In this document: positions 49,398 through 64,000 of the stretch, piece after piece
How the letters are laid out: each line of letters starts with the position of its first letter
Position numbering within the stretch: position 1 is the stretch's first letter
Origin: Utricularia gibba
Lineage: Eukaryota; Plantae; Magnoliophyta
Assembly: GCA_002189035.1 (NCBI GenBank)
Contig: NEEC01000009.1
Location: 2,666,001-2,730,000 of the forward strand
Direction of reading: 5' to 3'
Length of the DNA stretch: 64,000 nt
Notes under the pieces: generated by a model
What the model was told of the DNA's origin: nothing
The model's input: the letters and a program-made list of their open reading frames with translations, nothing else
Databases searched by the model: none
Made by a program: the position numbers and the translations under genes

Positions 49398-50150
49398 ATG
49401 GCGGAGCGTGATGGACCCGTAACTGGGTATCCGGTCCCTAATCCCAACGGTTATGCCCCGAATCCGCCGCCGCCCGCCGCTTACCCCTATGCGGCTCCTC
49501 CTAACAACGCTTACTACAACCACCAAAGCAACAATCCTTACTACCTTTCGGAGCCGTATAATGTCCGCCGCACCGTCTGGCTGCGCCGTGTACTGGCTTT
49601 TTTCATCGCCGTAGTTGTGGTTTTCGCGGCTATTTTGTTCATTGTGTGGTTGGTCCTCCGGCCTTCCGTGCCGCAGTTCCGGGTAAACTCATTATCGATT
49701 TCGAATTTCACTTTGAGTAATGACTCCTTGGTATCCCTCTCCTCGGATGTCAATCTCACAGCCCGAAACCCTAGCAAGAGGATGTCTCTGTATTATGATC
49801 AGTTGGAAGCAAACCTTATTTACGAAGCATGGTCACTTTCAGAAACAATGGTATCCCCATTCTCGCAGGGTACTAGAAATGTGACTTCTTTTTCAGTAAG
49901 CTTCGCGGCGGCGGGCAGTTTTCTTGATGTGTCTGCGGCGCAGAGGGTAAACAGTGATTTGAGAAGCAATCAACATGTTCGGCTTGATTTGAGGATTTTA
50001 TCTAGAGTTCAATTTCAAGCTAAGGCTTTTAGAACTAGATGGAGGTTATTGAGGGTGTTTTGTGGGGATTTGACAATACAATTTACACGCACTAACAGTA
50101 GCTACTCCGGCTTCTTGGTTAGCCCAATGCAATGTCGTGTGGAGATTTGA
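49398..50150 (+). CDS. NDR1/HIN1-like (LEA_2 domain) protein, intronless, 250 aa
   Basis: Pro-rich N-terminus GYPVPNP, TM ...FIVWLVLRPSVPQFRV, NPSKRMSLYYD, VFCGDL, C-terminal C.V. Confidence 0.88.
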   Translation: MAERDGPVTGYPVPNPNGYAPNPPPPAAYPYAAPPNNAYYNHQSNNPYYLSEPYNVRRTVWLRRVLAFFIAVVVVFAAILFIVWLVLRPSVPQFRVNSLSISNFTLSNDSLVSLSSDVNLTARNPSKRMSLYYDQLEANLIYEAWSLSETMVSPFSQGTRNVTSFSVSFAAAGSFLDVSAAQRVNSDLRSNQHVRLDLRILSRVQFQAKAFRTRWRLLRVFCGDLTIQFTRTNSSYSGFLVSPMQCRVEI

Positions 50151-50172
50151 GGTTTAAATAAAAGGAAACCTT

Positions 50173-50485
50173 AGTTTTGTATCATTTTATTACTGCTTTT
50201 TGGTGATGTATTCAGGATGGGAGTTGCATAGCATGCAACTTCTTTGTAAATTATGTTATATCGAACCGAGATGAGCTGTCTATGCTGCAGTTCATATACA
50301 TCATTTTCGTGTGGAGTATTGACTTAAGAAAAAAAAATACTTTCAGCTGAGTTTTGTATCATTTGTTATTGCTTTTTGATGATGAATCCTGGTTAGAAGT
50401 TGCATATTATGCTTCGTCTCTGTAAATTGTGAGTATTGTTACCGGGAACCAAGACGAGCTTTTTGTGCTGCACTTCATGTACATC
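50173..50485. repeat. Degenerate two-copy tandem repeat (period about 177 bp) in the NHL 3' region
   Basis: AGTTTTGTATCATTT...GCTTTTTG.TGATG...GTTGCATA...TGTAAATT...GAACC.AGA.GAGCT...TGCTGCA.TTCAT.TACATC at 50173 and 50350. Confidence 0.7.
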
Positions 50486-50649
50486 CAAGATCCTGCTTCT
50501 ATTTGTGAACTGTCGTTTTGTCTTCACTCACCATTTCATGGCTTCTTCCGGGCGAAGAGTAAACACCATTTTCAAACTACGGAACTTGTGAGGTTTTGGT
50601 TAAGGTGAGTAATGAGTCTCAAGTTTGCATTTTTACGAAGAAAGAGGTA

Positions 50650-52297
50650 TTACATTTTCATGCATACAATTGGAACATTGATCACAACATTCTTGATGCT
50701 GCCATTTTTGTCATCTTCTTGTCTACTTTTTTCTCTGAAGTTCGCGAGTTCGCTGAGCTCCTTCACCGCTTCGCCAATGCTCTCCACGCTGCTAACTGTA
50801 TCGATCAGCATCGAAGCAACTCCGGCTAAGGGCGCAAATTGGAGCAGGTTGTTGTGACGATTCTCCGAAATCAAGAGGGTTCCTATGTTTTTGGCTGCTG
50901 TCTCCATACTACCTGTTTGGAGACTCGGCCGAGTCATCGTCTTCAGTGCCCGGGCAGCTTCTCTCAGCGCTTTCGCTGCCTCGTTGCTCACGCTTGTAAA
51001 CGCGTCTTGGAACGGATCTTGTATTTTTATTTCCTGCTGTCCGCGAGAGTGTTAGTGCTTTGTAGTGGTCAAAGGTGGATTTTTTAGGGTAATTGTCGAA
51101 GAAGGGGGTTTCTGGGATTCCATACATGAGTTTTCGAGTTGAGGAAGATGGTTAGAGCGTCGACTTTGCGGCCGCATTCCCTTGTAAGATTTCCAATTTT
51201 GAGGTACTGCTGCCATGGATGACAGTACTTAAAGCGTCCATGACCCGGTTCCCATCTTGCGAAGTTCGCCTGAAATTTACAGGTCACAGTCATGTTTCTC
51301 CATGGAATTGTAACTCAATAATTTTCATTTTTTCACACACCAAGATTTCTTCTTTGTTTTTGGAATCTGCTAGAATGCTGGTTATGGTGCTAACTGACTG
51401 TTTGCTCTTCTCTGTTTGTCCTCCTGCTTCTGTTGTTGTGAGGCAATCTGAAAAAGGAGGTTAGAAGAAGTTTTTAAGAGCATGCCATTATGTTTTAGAA
51501 TAGTTGTGCTTTTATTGTAGGCTTTGGAGTGAACCTTCCAGGGAATTCGCAATTTTGTCGATGTTTTTAGCAATGAGATTCTGAAGATCTTCTCCAGCCC
51601 AAACGGGACTAACAAAGATGGCCACCATCAGGCAAGTTGATGCACCAACTAGTATTGTGCATAGCCTTTTCTGAGCCAACATAAGTACATCATCTGTTCT
51701 GTAGCCTGATATGGAAATGAGGCAGAATGTTAAGATGAACATCAGCATTCCATAGTCGTATCTGGCTTTCACTTGGGGAAGGAATCGCAGGAATGTCGAA
51801 GTTACAGCTGCAGGAGTGAGGGAATCATATCTGAGCTTCCGATAGGTTCTAAAGTAACTTTCTTGCCTGTGTTACTTTACCATGTATGAAGACGAATAGT
51901 GCACTCAGTAAAGGTTCACCAGTCTTCCCTGAAAGAGTGGCCAAGTGATGAGCTCCGATGCCTAAGCCTCCGGCTACTAATGTTGCAAGTCCCTTATTTA
52001 CTCCTTTTCCCAGTGTTGCTCCTGGAAGATAACAAATGAGGAACTGTGTTTGTTCTTTAGGATTATTGATGCAGAATGTGATAGTATCATACCGACGGAG
52101 TACTCAAAGATGACCACAACTGTGATTACAGCCCATATTGAAGAGTCTCCAAAGTTGTTGTAGAATGGCTGAAGGTAATAGAACAGAGAAACAATTGTGA
52201 GCGCTAGGCCAACTTTAAATGAATGGATCAATCTCCTTGGATCCTCCTTTGCTATCTTGACCATTTGATGCACTGATTCATTCATTTTAGTCTCCAT
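50650..52297 (-). CDS. ALMT: Aluminium-activated malate transporter / anion channel (ALMT), 6 exons, apparently intact
   Basis: EDPRRLIHSFKVGLAL, WAVITVVVIFEYSV|GATLGKG, KARYDYG, PVWAGEDL, ANFARWEPGHG; exons join in phase; TATA near 52415. Confidence 0.9.
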
Positions 52298-54276
52298 GCT
52301 TGCGTAGATTCTTGCTTTTCTACTCCCTGAATGTCCATCTCAACAACTCAGTCTTCAACTCTACAACAAATTGAGTATCTGGCTTTGCTATGGGATTCTA
52401 CAAGCAGGCAACTTATATATATGAGTGGAGTCACTCCAGCATATGGCCCAAAGAATAGATCCTCTACGTATTGCCAGTTCCATACGAAATTTGCTGAAGA
52501 TGTGGTAGGAATGGCACATTCTCCCCACAAATGCATGGTAAAGGTAAAGATAGGTTAGTACCACTTGGTGATTACATTCGCCTAATGGAGGACAGTTTCA
52601 CTCAAAACTCAGTGATTTGGTCACTTTTTCTCTAGCTTGCCTTTGTATTTCCACCCTGTGTTGAAACGCTCATACCAACTATTGCGCATTGATGTTTAGT
52701 CAGAAACAAGTACAAGAGTGCTGACTGACATCAGATGAGATTTCTTAAACTGGGAGTTACTTTCATCCCTTTTTTACTCCCACTTTGTGTGGCCTTCATT
52801 TGCTAATTGCTTCCAGGTAGGCAGCTTTAGGTATGGAAGATCTTACACATATGGAACTAACTCCATTTGTCTGGGAACGAGACATTCCATGTCATGATGA
52901 GCTTTCAGTAGCTTTTTTCTTGTTGTGACTTTTCATTTGAGCCCTTGGTTTGGAATACCTCCAGCTACAGCAGCATATATGGATTTGATTTGATTCTCAT
53001 TACACCATTATCTCCTGTCCCAGCCATGCATATCACCCTTTTCTCTTTCTTGTCCAGCATTGAGGTTTTTAGACAAGTGATGTTACACCCAACAAACACA
53101 TCACCATTGCAGTTTTAAGTAGAATGAATGAAGGATTCTGGCATTATCTTCAACACATATATTCTATTGCTGTATTATTTCCCAGGACATGTACCTCATG
53201 GATGGATTCTCCAGACAGGGGTGGAGGCAGGGATGGAACATCATGAACCTGATCCTCCTGCTCAGTTCGTGGAACACATGAATCCACGGATGCCCCCCCC
53301 TGCGGTTCGTGCATCTACCGTTGCTTTTTCTTGTGTGTGTAATCTGCAGATGCCCGGCCTGGTTCCAATGGTAATGCCGTAGAAGGATCTAGACATCTAG
53401 TCCTAAGCATTCAGTTCCTGTGGATGGGATCCATCAAGGTAAACGCACTAGTAGCTCCTTCCTTTCCATGGCATGCTGATATTCTTCTTACCAGCAATAC
53501 CAGTTTATGTTAGCAACAGATGCTTTGGCTGTCGGAGTATCGGGTCTGATCGGTACTAGGTTTCATCGGTTCCGGAACCGTCGGTTTCGATTATTATGAT
53601 TCATTAGTTAATCAACTCTTTATATAATTTGAGTAAATTACTGATTTGAAATTATGTTTAATTTTATATTTAATTAGATTCAAATATACTATTTTAATTC
53701 TAGATAATTATTTTTTATATAATATTTTATAATATATTAAATTGTAAAAAAAGTGTAATTTAAAATTATGAATATTTTTAAAATGGATTATTTAATCAGT
53801 TTGGATTTTATTTTTTAAATATTTTTCGTAAACAAAATAAATTAATAATTAAAGAGAAGAAATTGCAGCATAGTAAATATTTTCGAGTAAAGAAATGTGC
53901 TTTAATCCTAATAATTGAGATGCAGGCGTGGACTCCTTTCATTGGTAGAGGCCAGGGTGGCAGTAGGGAGTGTCGTTTTTATTTATTTATTTAATTGGTT
54001 TTGGTGTATTAGACAATTACCGCGGAGCCCCTGTGGGTCCCGTGACTGTAGCCGTTTTAACTGAAGAAACGGAAAAAGTGAAATTACCCCTCGCGACAAA
54101 GTTGAAAGTCGGCACTCTGTAATTTCTTCTTCTTTTTGTTGTTGTTTTTGCGGATTCTTCTTTTTCCATATCGGTTTTTCGAAGATCCGCTCTTCTTCCT
54201 CCTTTTTTCTCCAAGGGATTTCACCAGTTTGGCTGATTGGATCCGAATTCACATACCGGTAAAAAAAAGATCGGAA

Positions 54277-55880
54277 ATGGCGACCGGGAAAATGGTTCTC
54301 AGAATCAAGCTTCTTTTGCTTTCTTTGTTCCGGTTGAAATCCGTCTGTGGTGAGTGATTTTTTAGCATTTTCTTCTTGTTTCGATTTCTTGGAAGTTAAT
54401 TTTTAACTTGTTCATTGGGGATTTAATTACGGGACCATAAAAATTCTCAGGTGTTTTTTAGCTATTGAATGAAGGATTGCTTCTGGATCGTTCTCAAGTT
54501 TCTGGGTTTTTTTCTGGGTTCCTTTATCCGATGGGATTTCAATTTCGGATACCCTTTTTTATTCTTCTGCTTGTTTTGAGGCGTACAAGGTTTTCCTCTG
54601 TGTACAATGGATAATAGCCATGGCTAATTTGGCTTGATTGTCATGTTTTAAGGTTATCCTTCCCTCGTTAGACGCTTTTCCTATAAGGATATAAAGAAGG
54701 CAACTGATGGGTTTCTTCGAGTTACTGATGACTCGGGGTATCGAGGGGTTCGTATAAGGCCATTTTTCAGGACGGTTCTGTTGCTATGGTGAAGGAACAT
54801 CCTCTTTCAGATGTAGATGATGAGTCTTTCTATAAGGAAGTTCAGGTTTTGGCATGTTTGCATCATCGCCATGTTGTTACACTTTCTGGATTCTCAATGG
54901 GCGCTAGAAGGTGTCAGTTTGAATTTCAGCATTCATCATTCATCATATATTGGTGCCTGAAAATCCGCTGACTCTTCAGGTTTCTAGTGTTCGAAAACAT
55001 GGAAAGGGGAAGCTTGAAGGAGCACCTATCTGGTACTTAGTTCATCATTTCTCACATTATGTGTTCCCATCCTTCATTTCAATAGCCAACTTTCTGAATT
55101 TTCAGATCCTCTTAGAACTCCTCTGAACTGGAGAACAAGACTGCAAATAGCCTCTGGCATTGCTGCTGCCGTTGTTAGTTTCACAAATCCTGACCCTTGT
55201 TGATTGAAATGACTCACACCAAGTGATGAATTTCCCCTATGCCATGATGCAGGAATACTTGCATTTCTTCTGCGATCCTCCGATTTATCGAGTGAGGATA
55301 AGCTCCAGCACAATAATGCTGGATGAAGAAATGATCCCAAAGGTAGCTACTGAAACCAACTCAACCCATTCTGTGCTTGCTTTCTTTAGCCCCGGAACCG
55401 ACAACTTACATCATTCTGCTTCCCCTTCTGCCAACATCACAGTTTTCAGATGTCACCCTCTCGAATGGATACCACAGCAACGAAGCAACACCCTCATGCT
55501 CCTGCTCTAGAGGTGTGCAGCAGCCTTCCCAACTTCCCCTGTTCCACATCTCCGTGTTTCCACTCAACTTCCACTTCCTTGCAGAGTGCAAAGGTCAAGA
55601 CTGCAAGGACATGGTGTTTCGACTGGGGCTGGTGATACTGGAGCTGCTCACGGGACAGTCTTCGGACAAGGGAGGTGTGGATCTGGTGCAATGGATCCAA
55701 GATGAGAACTCGCCCCAGTCGGTGCACAAGATGATAGATCCCGATCTGGGCAACAACTACGAACCCAGGGAACTCAGGAGCCTCCTCAACGTTGCCAGAT
55801 TATGCATCAGGTCCCTCAACATGCGAACCGTATCCACTTCACGAATTCTCTGGTTTCTGCAGAAGAAGATCAGCGTTTAA
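54277..55880 (+). CDS. Receptor-like cytoplasmic kinase-fold protein lacking HRD/DFG (probable pseudokinase), about 7 exons; -1 in G runs at 54735-54748
   Basis: RRFSYKDIKKAT, YKAIFQDGSVAMVKE, LHHRHVV.L.GF, LNWRTRLQIASG, EYLHFFCDPP, GLVILELLTGQ, MIDPDLG. Confidence 0.85.
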
Positions 55881-57490
55881 CCCCGTAGTAGTACTGTGAA
55901 TAATTACCCCAGTTGTATTCTTCATTTTTTTATTAATATTATTTTAAAACGGATTTAATAATTTATAAATATATTTTTTAAAAAATAAATATTATTATTT
56001 AAAAAGCGGAATTAATTTTATCATTGATTTTGAATAAGTAAAAGTACATATATTTTTACTAAGAAGAGAAAGCAGTTGTTGGGTCCATGTTTTGAGGGTG
56101 TCGGAGTCGGTGTCCGTGTCCGTGTCCGTGTCCGATCCGCTAGGATAAGAGCAAGTGGCACTCCCAAAATCTCCACCTGTACCACCAAGCATGGAAACCC
56201 AAGGCTTTATGGAGGGGGGACCACCGACAGTATCATGCTGGGCTGGGCTGGGCTGGGCAGGGCAACCCACCCAATCAAATTATTTCATTTTTAACGCTCC
56301 CAATTTTTATAAACTATAATATTTATTTCTTAATTTTTTTACTTTAGAAAGGAAACGGTGACGTTTCAGTTACGGTTTAAAAATAATTTAGGATAAATAT
56401 TTATCATAAAATAGAAGCTAAGTTTTTTGACACTTTTTAAAGTAATAATCAATTTTAAATTTCTATTTTTTTATCGATTCAAAGTTTTTCGTTTTTTTTT
56501 TGACAAAATTGTTTTTGAATCAATTTTTTACAAGGATAAATTATTTCAATCCGAGTCTTTGTTTAGCTTTTTTGCATTTAAGAGCAGAGGCATTGGAGGG
56601 CATTCGTTACGTGTTGAACTACGTGGACACAGAAAGAAACATTTAAGCATACCCCTCGTTTTTGTTTAGTCATTTTAAGGTTTACATGAGATATCCGACG
56701 AGCTTTTTTATGATTGGGGACAATTAGGTGAAGGTATTATAACAAATAATTTCATATGATACGATCAAATATATAATATTTTAGATCAATATTAATCTGT
56801 TATACCTAATTTTTAATTTAGTTCTTCCAAAATGATGGTATACGTACGAATACCAAATCCAGGGCTCCCATTTGTTGTGGGCCGCCGGAGCCGGAGAACC
56901 GCCTCCTGTGGCAGACTCAAAAGTTGGAATAGAAGGAAGACCAGAAGGAGAGCCTAAAGTACAAGTAGCATTTGATTCTATTTATTTGAATTTATATTTT
57001 TTTTTAAAATAAACATCATTCATATTTTATAAAAAAATATTTATAAATATTTTTTAAAAAGAAAAAATGTTCAACATCATGGTTTCAAAAATATTGAATT
57101 GAATTGGAAGCAATAGTCCCCATTCTTATTTGAGTTTTAGTTATTTTTTTGAATTTTAAAACTTGTTTGAGGTTCTAAAATTGATTGATTTAAAAAATAT
57201 TTAAATATAATTAATGTATTATACGTGATTATTAAAATGATATATTTATTAATCTATTAGTTGTGAAAATATAGGAAATATGAGGCGTTTAACTAGATTA
57301 TGAATTAGGGTTAATCAAATGAATAATCATGTTTTAGGTTTTTTAGGCATAATTTAATTTCATTATCCATATTGGAATTGGGGGAAAATGTAATATTGGA
57401 AAAATGTAACAATAATGCAAATGGGGGGTAGTGCAGAATAAAGAAGATTTCACTGTGTTGAAATCGATTCCAATGTTTGTTGATTGAAGG

Positions 57491-59254
57491 ATGAGGAGGC
57501 ACGGCGGGTACTACGGCAGCGACGCCGGCGGGTATGCCAACCCTGCACCCCCAATGCAGCAGAGCGGCAAGTCTGGCTATTATCAGGGGCGCCACCATGA
57601 GCAGCAGCAGCAGCAGGACGGAGGTAAGCCGAATAATCAGTTTCGGTGGGAATCGGACGCCCTGCAGCCCAAATTACCTCAAACTGCTATGTCGCCTACC
57701 GCGCCTTCTTCCTACTCAGAAGGCAAATTTCAACTTTTTTTTTGTTCAGTTGTTTTTTCATGCTTGTGGCGGACGCTGCTGAGTGTGGCTGTCGTTTTTT
57801 TTTTTTTTTTTTTCTCTAATTTAGGGTTTTTAACTGGCAATATGATTACCTGTGTTTTGATGTTTGGTTGATTTACTCTTTGTTACTCATCCCACCCCCG
57901 GGGTTTTGTAAATGCAACTTACCTTTGTGAAGGATAACTGGGGGATAGGATCCGGATTCTGTGATATAGAAGATATTGGTCAACGGAAAAAAGATTGAGA
58001 ATTTAAATGGGGTATGTTTAGAATGGACTGGTGAGAAACTCTAGGTATAGGTCGATTTTGGATGCCGTGTGGATATCTATGGAAAAGACACTTGGAATTG
58101 AATCACTCAAGGAACTGATGAGTGGTGTGTGTTTGCTGATGATCAGTTTCTGATTCTAAGGTTGTTTTCCTTGTCGGGATTATGATATGTTGGATTGAGC
58201 TTCATGGTTGGCGTACTGTTTATTGTTTGAAGAAGAAGATTAGAGTAAAATAAGCTGTCAAAGAACAACAAATCAGATTGCTTCATGATTTTTCAGATCG
58301 TTTGCTCATGTGTAATTTGATGTCCTTGAACATCATTGCTCAGGCATTTGCTGCCATTTTGGTATCAACAAGGGAATCCTTTCTCTACTCTTCAAAGAAC
58401 TTTTTATGCCTTCTTGGTTGAGTACAGGCTCCTGACTTGATGAATTATTGGTATCATCAGCTACTGGTCACATTTTCCTGAGTTTGATATTTTTCTTATA
58501 GGCCAAGGACTTGAGGCGCCTAGATCATATTACCTAGACCAGAGGCTGGAGTCTCGGATTTCATCCGAGGGACAAGGTGGTGGAGATCCCAGATCACGAA
58601 CCCATGAGCAGGATATGGATATCGGCTATGAAGATAATCGATCATCCCAGACTTTAGAAGGTCTTGAGAAGAGAATGTTTGATGATTTCATGCATTTGTG
58701 GGAAGAAAAGACCACTGCAGAAGATGCTGAGAACTCCAGGCACCGAGAGGTACGTTTGTATTCTTATACTGTTTCACCAGCCACTCTATATTTGCTCTAT
58801 TTGCTGTACTTTAAGCCTGGAAGTACTTTTTCCTCCAATTTCCAGTTATTTCCCAGGAACCTGTCATTCATGTTTGACGGGTGTGTTGTTTCAGCGAATA
58901 AATACCATCAACCTGCAATACGAAGAGCAGTTAGCAGCACTCCGAGCTCGGCATGCAAGCCAGAGGGAAGAGTTTCTGCATCGAGAATCTCAGGCAAGGA
59001 AAGAGCAGTACCAGAAGGCTATGATGGAACAATACCCCCCAAACAGTGGTGGCGGTGGCAGCATTGCCACAGGCAACCATGACTTCAATGCACCTCCACC
59101 CGGAGAACTGAACCGAGCTTACAACTCCGAGTCCTATGACTCGTTCAGGGAGCGAGGCCGGTTTCCTGGAAGCAACAGAGACCATGGATATGATTCCAAA
59201 GCTTCATACCCAAGAGGGCGTGCTTACAATACCGGCTCACGCTATTACAATTAG
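57491..59254 (+). CDS. Uncharacterised Q/G/Y-rich protein with coiled coil; exons 57491-57722, 58502-58749, 58895-59254
   Basis: QTLEGLEKRMFDDFMHLWEEKTTAEDAENSRHRE|RINTINLQYEEQLAALRARHASQREEFL, YPRGRAYNTGSRYY; in-phase joins, first donor read as GC. Confidence 0.8.
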
Positions 59255-59889
59255 GCTAACCATCATCCTCAGCAACAGCACAAGCACAAGCAGCTCCTCT
59301 GTTGGTATTTTCTTCTGCAAGAAAAATCTCATCTTTTTTCTTGGCTTTAGATTTGTCATAAGACTGGAAGCCGTATTGGGTAGATGAGCTCGACACTGGC
59401 AAGGAAGGGCGGTTACTGAGTCTGCTGCCATTTTGTAGTTAGTTAGGGTTTTTTTCTTCCTGTCTCAGATCAAACTGATACTGCCTTAAGATTTTAATTC
59501 AGTCCTTTTTTAAAAAAAATTAAATAGTCTTTTTTTTTTCCAAAAAAGGTGTTTTTTGTATGTGATTTTTTATTAAGGAAAACAATATACTTTTTTACTA
59601 GTTGCAGTAAAAAAGATGGTGGAAATGTTTTTGAGATCTGATCCGACGGTTAAAATTGATGCACTGAGAGACGTCACTTCCACGGAGAACCTTTGCGGGA
59701 ATATCCCCCAATTTGCTTTTTTGTTGAAGCGCGACACCATTTTCGTCGCCCCGGAACTCGAAGAGTTTCATCTCTGCGGTGAACTTCAACCACGTTCGTG
59801 AAGCTAATGTGCGCCTCTGCGATTGTGTACTTCCATCGTTGAGCTCGTGTTTGTTCGCGATTACGCACATAAGCGTATGCGTAATATAT

Positions 59890-64000
<4,111 letters not shown>

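Noticed and set aside
53530-53600. ACCG/CGGT-rich stretch like a hAT-MITE subterminal region
   Set aside because: No matching second end or target-site duplication found.
56254-56268. CAGGGCAAC resembling the miR399 star arm
   Set aside because: Only 9 nt match and no complementary mature arm nearby.

Overview
Gene-dense plant (eudicot-like) nuclear DNA: about 25 spliced or single-exon protein-coding genes plus one PPR pseudogene relic in 64 kb, mostly with short introns and almost no transposon sequence. Order: SMG8-like (runs off left edge), FLK-like KH protein, GT90 glycosyltransferase, FIT-like bHLH, two tandem TIP1 aquaporins, a 71-aa membrane microprotein, SCPL51, VAMP714, an aspartic protease, PDAT2, an Emi1-like twin-CX9C protein, RPP2, two tandem GALT29A-like GT29 genes, a CEN/TFL1-like PEBP, an F-box gene, VHA-E, a divergent three-exon CLE gene next to a CLV3 orthologue, an NHL/LEA_2 gene, ALMT, a pseudokinase, an uncharacterised Q/G-rich protein and UBP8 (runs off right edge). 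Highlights: (1) a tandem pair of CLV3-type genes, one with a changed dodecapeptide (REVPGGPNPLHN vs RTVPAGPDPLHH), which the ORF track misses or only partly shows; (2) a TIP1 duplicate with a remodelled ar/R filter (Y/V/A/L vs H/I/A/V) and an ABRE cluster upstream; (3) a microhomology-bounded 2.9 kb tandem duplication with a MITE inserted into the second copy's stop codon; (4) about 11 single-base losses in short homopolymers that break otherwise intact genes, most likely long-read assembly errors rather than pseudogenisation. No rRNA, tRNA or CRISPR features were seen. Gene names come from motif recognition, not database searches.
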